Assembly: GCA_016182565.1 (NCBI GenBank)
Contig: JACPGI010000004.1
Location: 174,775 to 238,774, forward strand
Direction: 5' to 3'
DNA length: 64,000 nt
From: a candidate division WWE3 bacterium
GTDB taxonomy: Bacteria > Patescibacteriota > WWE3 > UBA101185 > UBA10185
A program made the translations under genes and the position numbers. The notes under the pieces are model-generated. The model had not been told where the DNA came from. It saw nothing but the letters and a program-made list of their open reading frames with translations, and ran no database searches. Of this stretch, positions 19,024 through 28,690 are shown piece by piece (within the stretch, counting starts at the first letter, position 1; the number at the start of each line of letters is the position of its first letter).

Positions 19024-20091
19024 TTATTTTTGAGCCAGCCCTTTATTTATTAACCCAACTATCTCAGGACCCTCAAAGATAAGCCCGGTTATCATCTGGA
19101 TCAGATCAGCACCAGCCTCAAGTTTAGACTTAGCGTCTTTCACATTAAAAACACCACCACACCCTATGATTACGATATCTCTCCTATACATCCTCCTATA
19201 TCTTTTAATCCAATAATTAGAGTTTTCAAATGTTGGAAGACCGCTCAAGTTACCAGCTAGTCCTTTCATCTTTTTTAGGTCATCAGGATGAATATATTTA
19301 CTTTTTCTATCCTTTGCTAAATTAGAAAAAATAAAATTCTTTATTCCGTGTGAAAAGGCAATTTCTACAAGTTTATCCATCACCACCTCATCTCCCTCAT
19401 TTGGCATTTTAATGAATAATGGTTTATTTAATTCAAGAGCCAAAACTTCTTTTAGTAAACGTTCAAAGTTATTAGGATTCAAAAAGTTTTCAGTAAGACA
19501 GGTATTTGGACAACTTATATTAAGTTCATAATATTTTATATATGAATTTGTCTTTAGTTTTTTAAAACATTCAACATAATCTTGGATCGCCTTCTCAACA
19601 GTATCTATCACAGGCACATTACTACTCCCCACACTCACTCCAAACATAATATCTTTAAAAAATGGGTCATTTATTCTTTTAAGTAAGCTTTCTACCCCTT
19701 CAGATTTAAAACCTTTATTAACTAAAATAGATTTGGATTTTATAAGTCTTGTATATAAAGGTTTTACATTTCCACCATATGCTCTATTTGTAACTGTACC
19801 AATTGTTGCAAAACCAAAACCAACTGATGGCATTATTTTTGCAAGTTTGCCATCTGCATCAAAACCAGCTGAGAGCCCTATCGGATTTTTAAATTTTAGT
19901 CCAAAAAAGTTTTTTTCAAGTTTTGGATTTTCATAATAAAAAAGTAGTTTTGTGAAAAACCTTAAAAATGAAGAATTTCCTGCAATATTACCAAAAAAAG
20001 TCATGTAGTCGTGGACAAGATCAGGGCTAAATAGGAAAAGCACTGGTTTTGCTAGTTTTATGTAAAGAAGTCTGATAATCTGTGCTTTCAT
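19024..20091 (-). CDS. pyrD: dihydroorotate dehydrogenase (quinone), class 2
   Basis: NPIGLSAGFDADGK motif plus the N-terminal membrane-association extension. Confidence 0.8.
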   Translation of the reverse strand: MKAQIIRLLYIKLAKPVLFLFSPDLVHDYMTFFGNIAGNSSFLRFFTKLLFYYENPKLEKNFFGLKFKNPIGLSAGFDADGKLAKIMPSVGFGFATIGTVTNRAYGGNVKPLYTRLIKSKSILVNKGFKSEGVESLLKRINDPFFKDIMFGVSVGSSNVPVIDTVEKAIQDYVECFKKLKTNSYIKYYELNISCPNTCLTENFLNPNNFERLLKEVLALELNKPLFIKMPNEGDEVVMDKLVEIAFSHGIKNFIFSNLAKDRKSKYIHPDDLKKMKGLAGNLSGLPTFENSNYWIKRYRRMYRRDIVIIGCGGVFNVKDAKSKLEAGADLIQMITGLIFEGPEIVGLINKGLAQK

Positions 20092-20191
20092 AGATAGAAT
20101 TCTACACCAGTAAAGCTAGCTAGTGTTATACTAAACAAGCCTTTTATACCTAGCATAACTTATGTATAATGGCACCTGTTTAAGGTCATTT

Positions 20192-20266
20192 GGGGGCGTA
20201 GCTCAGTGGTAGAGCATCTGGCTTTTAACCAGAGTGTCGTGAGTCCGATTCTCACCGCCCTCACCA
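20192..20266 (+). tRNA. tRNA-Lys (TTT)
   Basis: Cloverleaf folded by hand; anticodon loop CUUUUAA; CCA encoded. Confidence 0.85.
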
Positions 20267-20391
20267 AGTAATATACCACTATAAAATAGAGGGCATTCTT
20301 GACTACACAGTAAATTCCATGTAACACTTTTCTAAATTAGCCTAAATTTGTCTATAATCCAAAATCTAAATAATAATCGGGAAGGTGAGAA

Positions 20392-20730
20392 ATGGAACCC
20401 TGGGAAAAAAATGCATTGGCCGAAGTAGAACAGGAATTGGCTCAGGATTTGTACAGAAATTTACTGGAAAATCTTAGATTACATGAGTTTATCTCAAAAT
20501 CAAACGGTCGAAATAGAAAACGTCGAAAGCGTTCACGTGAAGTTGTTCTTGTGAGCACTGGAAGAAAAACCATATCTATAAATGGGAAATTAACAAAGAG
20601 GGTAGAATATCTATTACAAGACTACTTTCCAGAACCAGAGCGGGGGATAAATGGGGAAGATTGGGTACAACAATTTCTTACCCAGTTAAGAAATGCTGAA
20701 AGAATTAGACCAAAATCAAGAAAGTCTTAA
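20392..20730 (+). CDS. hypothetical basic protein
   Basis: 112 aa; Arg/Lys-rich stretch RNRKRRKRSR; slightly higher GC than its neighbours. Confidence 0.35.
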   Translation: MEPWEKNALAEVEQELAQDLYRNLLENLRLHEFISKSNGRNRKRRKRSREVVLVSTGRKTISINGKLTKRVEYLLQDYFPEPERGINGEDWVQQFLTQLRNAERIRPKSRKS

Positions 20731-20841
20731 TTTGAAACTTCGGTAAATAAAAACACTGAAGTTTCATAATTATACTAAGTTATAGGAGCTTAAACATAGT
20801 TTTAGATATAGAAATGAAATTCATCCTACTATCGATGTATA

Positions 20842-21204
20842 ATGTTTTGTGTGGGAGATTATTCAACCAAAACTGCATTAAATAATGTAAAATGCCAATT
20901 TTGCCATAAAGAAATTACACAAAATAGTTTATATTGTGCATTCTGTGGCCAAAAACAAGAAAACACAAATATCCCACTCTCGACAGCAGAAAAAATAAAG
21001 ATCTATACTATCACGGTACTTCTTGCACCTATTGGGCTTTATTGGTTTTTTAAATATTACAAAAGTACATCAAATGATAAGAGAAATACTGCTTACTGGG
21101 TGCTTGGAATAACTATTGCAGTAATTGTTTTGACCTTATACATCAGCGCTGATTTTTATAGAGGACTTAGCTTGTACGAAACTTCGATCCCTAATTTGTA
21201 TTAA
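20842..21204 (+). CDS. zinc-ribbon-containing small membrane protein
   Basis: CQFCH...CAFCG zinc ribbon followed by two TM helices. Confidence 0.4.
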   Translation: MFCVGDYSTKTALNNVKCQFCHKEITQNSLYCAFCGQKQENTNIPLSTAEKIKIYTITVLLAPIGLYWFFKYYKSTSNDKRNTAYWVLGITIAVIVLTLYISADFYRGLSLYETSIPNLY

Positions 21205-21640
21205 GATTTAGCGCCTTAGCAGCTTTTTGAATTTCAGCTACTATCGAATTTTTTTCAGAATCTGTAAGTAGCGTTCTATCTTCAAAATTTATACTTATAT
21301 CTTCAATTCTAGCGTTTGGTATGATGTTGAAATGTAGATGGGCTACACTCTTTGACTGGGCTTTGCCATCTCTAAGTAATAAAGTACAGTCATTATGTCC
21401 CAAATTACCAAGACACTTTATTCCCAAAACTACAAGTTCGAGACACTTCACATGCTCATCCCAAGTTAGATCACACATATATTCAACATGTCTTTTTGGA
21501 ATAACTAAAATATGATGTTTATGATATGGAGAGATTGAGTAAGTCAAAAACGCAAAATTATTTTCAAATATTTTTCTTGCCCCTACCCCCTCACAAAAAG
21601 TACAAGTTGTAATTGTAGTTAAATACTCCTTATATTTCAT
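21191..21640 (-). CDS. HIT-family (histidine triad) nucleotide hydrolase
   Basis: The triad sits in VAHLHFNIIP. Confidence 0.75.
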   Translation of the reverse strand: MKYKEYLTTITTCTFCEGVGARKIFENNFAFLTYSISPYHKHHILVIPKRHVEYMCDLTWDEHVKCLELVVLGIKCLGNLGHNDCTLLLRDGKAQSKSVAHLHFNIIPNARIEDISINFEDRTLLTDSEKNSIVAEIQKAAKALNLNTN

Positions 21641-21724
21641 CCATATAAGTGTAGCTTAAAAAAATAGTTGTAACATATAGTTTGTTGTTTACATCTCTAA
21701 TGCCCACATATAAACTTAAAAAAT

Positions 21725-22339
21725 ATGTATATAGTATTTGAAGGCGTTATTGGAACCGGTAAAACAACACAATCAAAAAAATATCTTGATTATTTGAAAA
21801 ATAAATTTCCCCAAAAACAGATTGTTTGGACTAGAGAACCTGGAGGTGATGAAATAGCTGACTCAATAAGAAAACTAGCCCAATCAATAAAATTTGAACA
21901 AGAGATGGTACCTATTTGTGAAGCTTATTTATATGCCGCCTCTAGAGCACAGGCTTTAAGAACTATAGCCCAACCAGTCTTAGATGCTGGTGGGATTGTA
22001 ATATCAGATAGAAATTTTCTATCATCACTTACTAACCAAGCGTACGGGAGAGACTTAAGCTTTGATACTGTATTATCCATAAACAAAGAGGCAATTTCTG
22101 GATTTATGCCAGATAAAATCGTATTTTTAGATCTACCTATAAGGGAAGGAATTCAAAGAAGTTTTGATAAAGACGGTGATAAATTTGAAAGTCTTGGAGA
22201 AGATTTTTATGAGCTGGTATATCAAGGCTATAAAGAAATAAGCATTCGGGATGAATTTAAAGATTGTTGGATTAACATAGACGCTAAGGGTTCTACCGAT
22301 GAGGTCTATGCAAGAATAGTCAAATCGCTTAAACTATAA
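21725..22339 (+). CDS. tmk: thymidylate kinase
   Basis: FEGVIGTGKTTQ P-loop and the REPGG motif. Confidence 0.85.
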   Translation: MYIVFEGVIGTGKTTQSKKYLDYLKNKFPQKQIVWTREPGGDEIADSIRKLAQSIKFEQEMVPICEAYLYAASRAQALRTIAQPVLDAGGIVISDRNFLSSLTNQAYGRDLSFDTVLSINKEAISGFMPDKIVFLDLPIREGIQRSFDKDGDKFESLGEDFYELVYQGYKEISIRDEFKDCWINIDAKGSTDEVYARIVKSLKL

Positions 22340-22359
22340 TCCTGTTGTATAAATGGTTG

Positions 22360-22746
22360 TTATTTGGTTAGATCTTTTGGTTCTTTGATTTTTAAAGCAG
22401 CACGGCCTATTTTATCTCGTAGGTAATAGAGCTTAGCTCTTCTCACAGCACCTCTTTTAACAACTGCAACAGATTCGATATTTGGAGAAAATTTAGGAAA
22501 TATTCGTTCAACACCAATCCCATCATTTCCAATTCTTCTTACAGTAAATGTCTTTGAAATGCCCGCGTTTTTCTTTGCTATCACAATACCCTCAAATGGC
22601 TGGATTCTAAAAGACTCGCCCTCTTTAATCTTATAGTTTACTTTTACTGTGTCGCCTACATTAAACTCACTTGTTTTTGGAAGTGCATTTTGTGAGACTA
22701 TACCAGGATTATCTTGTGTTTTTTCTTGTGTGATTGTGTCAGTCAT
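22360..22746 (-). CDS. rplS: 50S ribosomal protein L19
   Basis: GDTVKV...[11 protein letters not shown]...FTVRRI...[10 protein letters not shown]. Confidence 0.85.
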   Translation of the reverse strand: MTDTITQEKTQDNPGIVSQNALPKTSEFNVGDTVKVNYKIKEGESFRIQPFEGIVIAKKNAGISKTFTVRRIGNDGIGVERIFPKFSPNIESVAVVKRGAVRRAKLYYLRDKIGRAALKIKEPKDLTK

Positions 22747-22890
22747 ATGCTTAAATTTTTAGTTTGAAGGCCTTTTTGGCTTTCTAACCTAGTGAGATTA
22801 CCAAATCTTTGGCAGTTTTTCAAGTTATTGCTCCAAGTTAGGCTTTCAAACCATTAATATGCTATAGGATAAAGATTTGGGTGGGGATTT

Positions 22891-24990
22891 TTAATGTGCA
22901 GCTACCATTGCTTTACTTAAAACATCAATCTTAATTTTTGTAGGTGTTGCTGTGATCTTGGCATTTCCGCCATCTTCTAAATCCCCCTTTATCATAAGGG
23001 TTGATAACTCATTTTCAATCTCTTTCTGTATTAATCTTTTAATCGGTCTAGCACCATACTCTTCACTATACCCCTTTTCTACAAGATACTTCTGGGCCTT
23101 CTTATCAAAAGATACTGTAATTGCATGATCTTTAAGAAGTTTTTCTACCTTTTTAAGTTCAAGTACTGCAATTTTTTCAACCTCGTCTTTAGTAAGACCT
23201 TTAAAGAAAATTACCTCGTCTAGTCTATTTAAAAATTCGGGCTTAAATTTATCTTTTAGTGCCTTTTCTATAATTCTTTCGATTTCAAAATCTCCAACAT
23301 TCTTTTTTGTACCACCCTCTCTATCAAACCCAATTTCAGATTTTCTTAATTGTTCTGAGCCTATGTTTGATGTCATTATTATAATTGTATTTTTAAAGTC
23401 AACCGTTCGACCTTTACTGTCAGTCATACGCCCATCTTCCATTATTTGAAGCATTGAGTTAAACACATCAGGATGAGCTTTCTCTATCTCATCAAGAAGC
23501 ACAACAGAAAACGGTTTTCTTCTTACTATTTCAGTTAACTGACCACCATCATCAAATCCAATATATCCAGGAGGAGACCCAATCATTTTTGAAACTGAGT
23601 GTTTTTCCATATACTCACTCATATCAAGTCTTACAATCATGTCTTCATTCCCATATAAAACCTCTGCTAAAGCTTTTGAAAGCTCAGTCTTACCAACTCC
23701 AGTTGGGCCTAAAAATAAAAAGGTGCCAATAGGACGTTTTGGATCTTTAAGTCCTGTTCGAGCCCTTCTTATAGCCTCTGACACCCTAGAAACTGCCTGA
23801 TCTTGTCCTATGATCCTGTCGTGTAAAAGACTCTCAAGCTTCATTAAACGATCCTTTTCGATCATGCTCAGGTCCTCTACCGGAATACCCGTCATTCGAG
23901 CAATTACCTTAGCTACATCTATTCGTGTGACATCTGGAATCTCCTCAAGTTTTGTTTTAGTCCAAATTTCCACAAGGTCAACTTTGACTTTTTCAAGATC
24001 CTCAGTTTTTTTGATTAGTTTAGCTTTTTCTTCATCAGATAAGCCCTTCTTTCTAAGCTCAGACTTAAGCATCACAAGCTCATCTTCAACCTGTTTTAAA
24101 TTTTCCGGTTCCTTTACTTGAGAAAGTCTAACTTGAGCTGAAGCCTCATCAATAACATCAATTGCCTTATCAGGCAAAAACCTATCATTAATATATCTTT
24201 CAGAAAGTTTTACAGCTTGTTCTATGGCTTCGTCTGTTATTTTTACTTGATGATGGGATTCGTAGCGATCTCGAAGGCCTTTTAATATAGAAACTGTGTC
24301 TTCAGTATTTGGCTCTTTGACGATAATGTGCTGAAATCTTCTTTCGAGTGCCGCGTCTTTTTCAATGTGCTTTCGATACTCATCAATTGTAGTTGCACCA
24401 ACCATCTGCAACTCACCCCTAGCAAGCGCTGGTTTTAACATGTTAGCAGCATCAATTGCACCTTCTGCTGCACCAGCACCAACTATAGTATGAAGTTCAT
24501 CTAAAAATAATATGATCTGACCCTGCGCATCTACTACCTCTTGGATAATTTCTTTGAGTCTACTTTCAAACATCCCTCGATGGGAAGTTCCTGCAATAAT
24601 GGAAGCAAGGTCAAGTGCAAATACTCTTTTGCCTCGTAGTGGTTCAGGAACTTGACCATTTACTATCTTTTGGGCAAGGCCTTCAGCAATTGCAGTTTTG
24701 CCAACTCCCGGATCACCTATTAGCACTGGGTTATTTTTTGTTCTTCTGGAAAGTATATGAATAACGCGCTCAATTTCCTCTTTACGGCCGATGACTGGAT
24801 CAAGCTTACCCGCTTTTGCCATATCCGTAAGATCGCGTCCAAACTTGCCAAGTGTAGAAGTCTTTTGTGTCTGTTCTTGAATTTCGTTGTAGCAAACCTC
24901 ACATAACGCCATATAAACCTGGCGTCCATCTACTATTCTGTTTGTTGAAATTACTGCAGGTCTTTGACCGCATCTGTGGCATATAACCAT
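22891..24990 (-). CDS. clpC: ClpC/ClpE-like double-AAA+ chaperone ATPase with N-terminal zinc-ribbon
   Basis: Two Walker A motifs ([16 protein letters not shown]) and the N-terminal CHRCG...CEVC. No Clp-N repeat domain is present. Confidence 0.75.
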   Translation of the reverse strand: MVICHRCGQRPAVISTNRIVDGRQVYMALCEVCYNEIQEQTQKTSTLGKFGRDLTDMAKAGKLDPVIGRKEEIERVIHILSRRTKNNPVLIGDPGVGKTAIAEGLAQKIVNGQVPEPLRGKRVFALDLASIIAGTSHRGMFESRLKEIIQEVVDAQGQIILFLDELHTIVGAGAAEGAIDAANMLKPALARGELQMVGATTIDEYRKHIEKDAALERRFQHIIVKEPNTEDTVSILKGLRDRYESHHQVKITDEAIEQAVKLSERYINDRFLPDKAIDVIDEASAQVRLSQVKEPENLKQVEDELVMLKSELRKKGLSDEEKAKLIKKTEDLEKVKVDLVEIWTKTKLEEIPDVTRIDVAKVIARMTGIPVEDLSMIEKDRLMKLESLLHDRIIGQDQAVSRVSEAIRRARTGLKDPKRPIGTFLFLGPTGVGKTELSKALAEVLYGNEDMIVRLDMSEYMEKHSVSKMIGSPPGYIGFDDGGQLTEIVRRKPFSVVLLDEIEKAHPDVFNSMLQIMEDGRMTDSKGRTVDFKNTIIIMTSNIGSEQLRKSEIGFDREGGTKKNVGDFEIERIIEKALKDKFKPEFLNRLDEVIFFKGLTKDEVEKIAVLELKKVEKLLKDHAITVSFDKKAQKYLVEKGYSEEYGARPIKRLIQKEIENELSTLMIKGDLEDGGNAKITATPTKIKIDVLSKAMVAAH

Positions 24991-25076
24991 TTTTAAATGT
25001 TAGCGTGTTTAGCACTCTTAGTCAATGAGTGATTAGCTATTTTAAAAACTTGTATGTGTTTTATCTGGTAATAGCT

Positions 25077-26909
25077 TTAATGTTCCCAAACATCGCCTAT
25101 AAACGGCTCCGCAATAACTGGTACCTCTTTGATAAAAAGTTCGCCAGCTTTTTCCATCTCTTCTTTTTGAATTGGGCCCCACATCTCAGCTTGATCTTCT
25201 CTAACCTCACAAACTATTTCGTCATGAACAGTTAGAATAATTCTCGCATCAACTTTTTCTTTGGCAATCCTATCTTTAAGAAAGACTAAAGCATATTTAA
25301 CAGCATCGGCATTTGTCCCTTGAATCGGATGGTTTTTTGCCTGCCTTTGTATAGAGGAAATTTTACGTTTATATTCAGGGTCGGTTTTTACTGGCCTGTC
25401 ATACCATCTTTTTCTTCCCGCCGGTGTCATACTCCAACCAACTTGTACTGCTTTTGTTGCGGAAGATTCTAAGTACTCTTTAACCTTAGGAAAGGCATTA
25501 AAGTAATTTTTCATATATTCCTCTCCCACTTCTTTTGTAACTCCTATTTGGGTTGCAAGTCCAGCAGGACCCATACCGTACATCAATCCAAACCCGATTG
25601 CTTTTGCAGCTTGGCGCAGTTCGGGATATTTTTTCTTAAAATCATCAGCATATTCCTTGTTAAACATTAGTGCCGCAGTAAAAGAGTGCATGTCAAAACC
25701 CTCTTTCATACCTTTTATCATCTGGGGGTCTTTAGAAAGATCAGCAAGAATTCGCATTTCAAATGAAGAGTAATCTGCTGTCACAAGCTTATAACCTGGT
25801 TCAGAATTAAAACATTCCCTAAACGGAGCTTCTTTAGAGTTTCTAGGAATCTGCTGTAAGTTTGGATTAGAACAAGCAAATCTACCTGTTGCTGTACGTA
25901 ATTGTTGAAAATCCGGATGAAGTCTATGGGTCACTGGATTTACCTTTTCAAGTAAACTTTCACCAAAAGCAGAAATTAATTTTTCAAAGCCGCGATATTC
26001 TAAAAGCTTTTTAGCAATAGGGTGTTGCAGAGTTGATAAAATTTCTACTCCGGTAGATGGCACATTCAAACCTAATTTATTATTTAAAAGATCCAAAAGT
26101 TGGACATTGCTGTTTAAATTAATAGCGTCCCCATATCCATCACTTGTAAACATATCCATCTGATTTACGGGATAATAAGGACGGATCACATCTTGGAATT
26201 CTTTAGCCACAAGGTCGCGTTTAGTCGAAAGTTCACTAATAATTGATCGCCACTTTGTAACATCTATGTAAATACCATTTAGTTCCATATCCCCAACCAC
26301 AGTCGTTGTAGCAAATTCTAGTTTTGCTATTTTTATTAGATTTTCTTTTTGAAGAAGGGGCCACTGTTTGTTAAACACCGGAAATAAAACTAAAGTATCC
26401 ATAGCACCATATGCTAACTGTTCCTGTGTGAATACTGAACCCTTATGTAACTTTTCAAAAGTTTTTCGAATACTTTTATCAAGATCTATATTTACATACT
26501 TTCTTACAATTGTAAGAAGTCCAAGTTGTGTGCCAAGCCCAGCAGTTAAAATTGCTTCAGCAAGCATAGTGTCATAGATATTGTTGATTTCTATTTTTAG
26601 TTGAATTTTTATCATTTTGTAATCGAATTTTCCGTTTTGAAGAAGCTTTAAAATTTTTGGGTTTTCAAGTAGGCTTTTAAGTCGCGGGTTTTCTTTTAAA
26701 TTAAGGAGTCTGGCATCAAAAATGTAGCTTATTTCTTCGGTGCCTATCTGGACAATTAGAAGAAGTGCGGTATACGGGTCAAGTCCGGTAGATTCGATAT
26801 CAACTGCAATTATTGGCTCTTTTTCAAGAAGTGCTATAGCATTTTCAAACGCGTCGGGAGTAGTAATATACTCATATTTTGGTTTTTCTGGATCAAATTT
26901 TAATTCCAC
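25077..26909 (-). CDS. polA: DNA polymerase I, 3'-5' exonuclease + polymerase domains only (no 5' nuclease domain)
   Basis: 610 aa. An exo-like N-terminus (IAVDIESTGLDPY) precedes the family-A polymerase motifs (RQAAKAIGFGLMYG, HDEIV). Confidence 0.8.
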   Translation of the reverse strand: MELKFDPEKPKYEYITTPDAFENAIALLEKEPIIAVDIESTGLDPYTALLLIVQIGTEEISYIFDARLLNLKENPRLKSLLENPKILKLLQNGKFDYKMIKIQLKIEINNIYDTMLAEAILTAGLGTQLGLLTIVRKYVNIDLDKSIRKTFEKLHKGSVFTQEQLAYGAMDTLVLFPVFNKQWPLLQKENLIKIAKLEFATTTVVGDMELNGIYIDVTKWRSIISELSTKRDLVAKEFQDVIRPYYPVNQMDMFTSDGYGDAINLNSNVQLLDLLNNKLGLNVPSTGVEILSTLQHPIAKKLLEYRGFEKLISAFGESLLEKVNPVTHRLHPDFQQLRTATGRFACSNPNLQQIPRNSKEAPFRECFNSEPGYKLVTADYSSFEMRILADLSKDPQMIKGMKEGFDMHSFTAALMFNKEYADDFKKKYPELRQAAKAIGFGLMYGMGPAGLATQIGVTKEVGEEYMKNYFNAFPKVKEYLESSATKAVQVGWSMTPAGRKRWYDRPVKTDPEYKRKISSIQRQAKNHPIQGTNADAVKYALVFLKDRIAKEKVDARIILTVHDEIVCEVREDQAEMWGPIQKEEMEKAGELFIKEVPVIAEPFIGDVWEH

Positions 26910-26961
26910 AGGTGAATTGTAATGAATATAATAAGAAACTAAAAGAGATTAGTAAAAATAC

Positions 26962-28290
26962 TTATTTTAATCTCCCAATGAGTAAGTCTCGAACAACTAG
27001 CGCATCAGCAGTTCCTTTACTTTTTTTCATCACTTGTCCAACTAGAAACTCTATTACGCTAATTTTTCCTAATTTATACTGAGACACAACTCCGGAGTTC
27101 TCTTGAACAACACTTTTTATGATTTCATCAAGATCTGCACTATCAATAGATTTACTATTTGTTTCCTGCATTTTTTTTATAAAATCCTGAGAACTTAGCT
27201 CTCGATACTCCTGTTTATTAATTAATAAATTGGCTACTTTTTCCGGCTCTAAATTGTTGGAACAAAGTTCCTCGAATCTATTAAGTAATTCTAGTCCCTG
27301 ACCTTTAGTCAAAAAGTCAGCATTTTTTACTGAAAGACTATATTCACTAACTAATCTTGTTTTTATTTTGGACGGAAGTTCCGGTAACTCCTCTCTTAGC
27401 TGTTCAAAATAGTCTTCATCGAAAACCATTGGTGGAATATCGGGTTCCGGAAAATACCTATAATCGTGTGCATCTTCTTTGCCTCGTTGGCTAATCGTCA
27501 AATTTTTGTCTTCATCATAACCTCTGTTTTCTTGTATTGGTTGAGAGCCATTTTCAAGTAAACCCCTTTGTCTTATAATCTCGGCCTTCACAGCCTTTTC
27601 CATAAACTTAAACGAATTTATATTTTTAATTTCCACTTTGTATGTTGGAATTTTTCCTTCTCTTTCCATTTCAGTAGTTCTTAAAGATATATTAGCCTCA
27701 AGACGCATTTGACCTTTTTCCATATCCCCATCAGCAATACCTAGTATACGAATCGCATCTTGTATTCTTTTTGAAAACTCCACCGCATCATCAATTGTTT
27801 TAAATGTAGGTTTAGTGACTATTTCTACAAGTGGCATTCCTGACTTATTAAAATCAATTAATGTTTTGTCTACTTTGTGCATTGATTTTGCGGTATCTTC
27901 TTCCAAGTGAATTCGCTCAATATCTGCTTTTTGACCGGAGGACAACTCTATAAAACCACTTTCGCAAAAAGGTTGTTGATACTGACTTATTTGATACCCC
28001 TTTGGTAAATCTGGGTAAGAGTAGTGTTTCCTATCAAATCTTGTATGTTCATTTAAACTACATCCTAAAGCCAAACCAAGAAGTTGTGTTTTACGAACTG
28101 CCTCAAAGTTTGGTATCGGTAAAGCACCGGGTAATCCTAAACAAACTGGGCAAGTGTGGCTGTTTGGAGCTGAATCATATATTTTTGCATCACAATAACA
28201 AAACATTTTAGTTTTTGTTTTTAAATGTAAATGAATTTCAAGTCCTAGGACTAACCTATATTCACCTAAAAGTTTTTCTAAATCTGTCAT
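26962..28290 (-). CDS. gatB: Asp-tRNA(Asn)/Glu-tRNA(Gln) amidotransferase subunit B
   Basis: GLEIHLHL...FCYC N-terminus and the GatB/YqeY-like tail. Confidence 0.85.
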   Translation of the reverse strand: MTDLEKLLGEYRLVLGLEIHLHLKTKTKMFCYCDAKIYDSAPNSHTCPVCLGLPGALPIPNFEAVRKTQLLGLALGCSLNEHTRFDRKHYSYPDLPKGYQISQYQQPFCESGFIELSSGQKADIERIHLEEDTAKSMHKVDKTLIDFNKSGMPLVEIVTKPTFKTIDDAVEFSKRIQDAIRILGIADGDMEKGQMRLEANISLRTTEMEREGKIPTYKVEIKNINSFKFMEKAVKAEIIRQRGLLENGSQPIQENRGYDEDKNLTISQRGKEDAHDYRYFPEPDIPPMVFDEDYFEQLREELPELPSKIKTRLVSEYSLSVKNADFLTKGQGLELLNRFEELCSNNLEPEKVANLLINKQEYRELSSQDFIKKMQETNSKSIDSADLDEIIKSVVQENSGVVSQYKLGKISVIEFLVGQVMKKSKGTADALVVRDLLIGRLK

Positions 28291-28293
28291 ATT

Positions 28294-28689
28294 TTAGACC
28301 CATAAAGTAACTCCCAACTGTTCGACTGCGTTTTTAAGAGTGTCTATAGCCTCTTCTAATAAATAATAACTGGGTTCATATCCTGATTCGTGCACTAAGG
28401 CGTTTCTTGTTTTATGTGCATTCCATATACGATTGTAGGTATCTTGATCGAATCTGGTTTTTGCATTTTTTAATCTTTCTCCCATAGTTTCACCATCAAA
28501 TAAATCACGCATAACATTATCCAAAGTTTTGTCCGCAGAAATAAGAGCTTGGCGAAGTTGGCTTGGACCCCCTTTTTTCTTCAAGGTTTCAATATTTTTC
28601 CACTCACGACACACAGCCTCTCTAGTCTGGAGTGTTAGATTTTTTGAGCCCCACAGATCAAGTCCAAATAAACTACTTAAAAAGCCCAT
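28294..28689 (-). CDS. HEPN-like (HepT/DUF86-type Rx4H motif) helical protein inserted between gatA and gatB
   Basis: The internal Met MGFLSS was chosen because the track start overlaps gatA. The ATG lies 1 nt after the gatA TAA and the stop lies 3 nt before the gatB ATG. The C-terminus carries RNALVHESGY. Confidence 0.5.
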   Translation of the reverse strand: MGFLSSLFGLDLWGSKNLTLQTREAVCREWKNIETLKKKGGPSQLRQALISADKTLDNVMRDLFDGETMGERLKNAKTRFDQDTYNRIWNAHKTRNALVHESGYEPSYYLLEEAIDTLKNAVEQLGVTLWV

Positions 28690-28690
28690 A

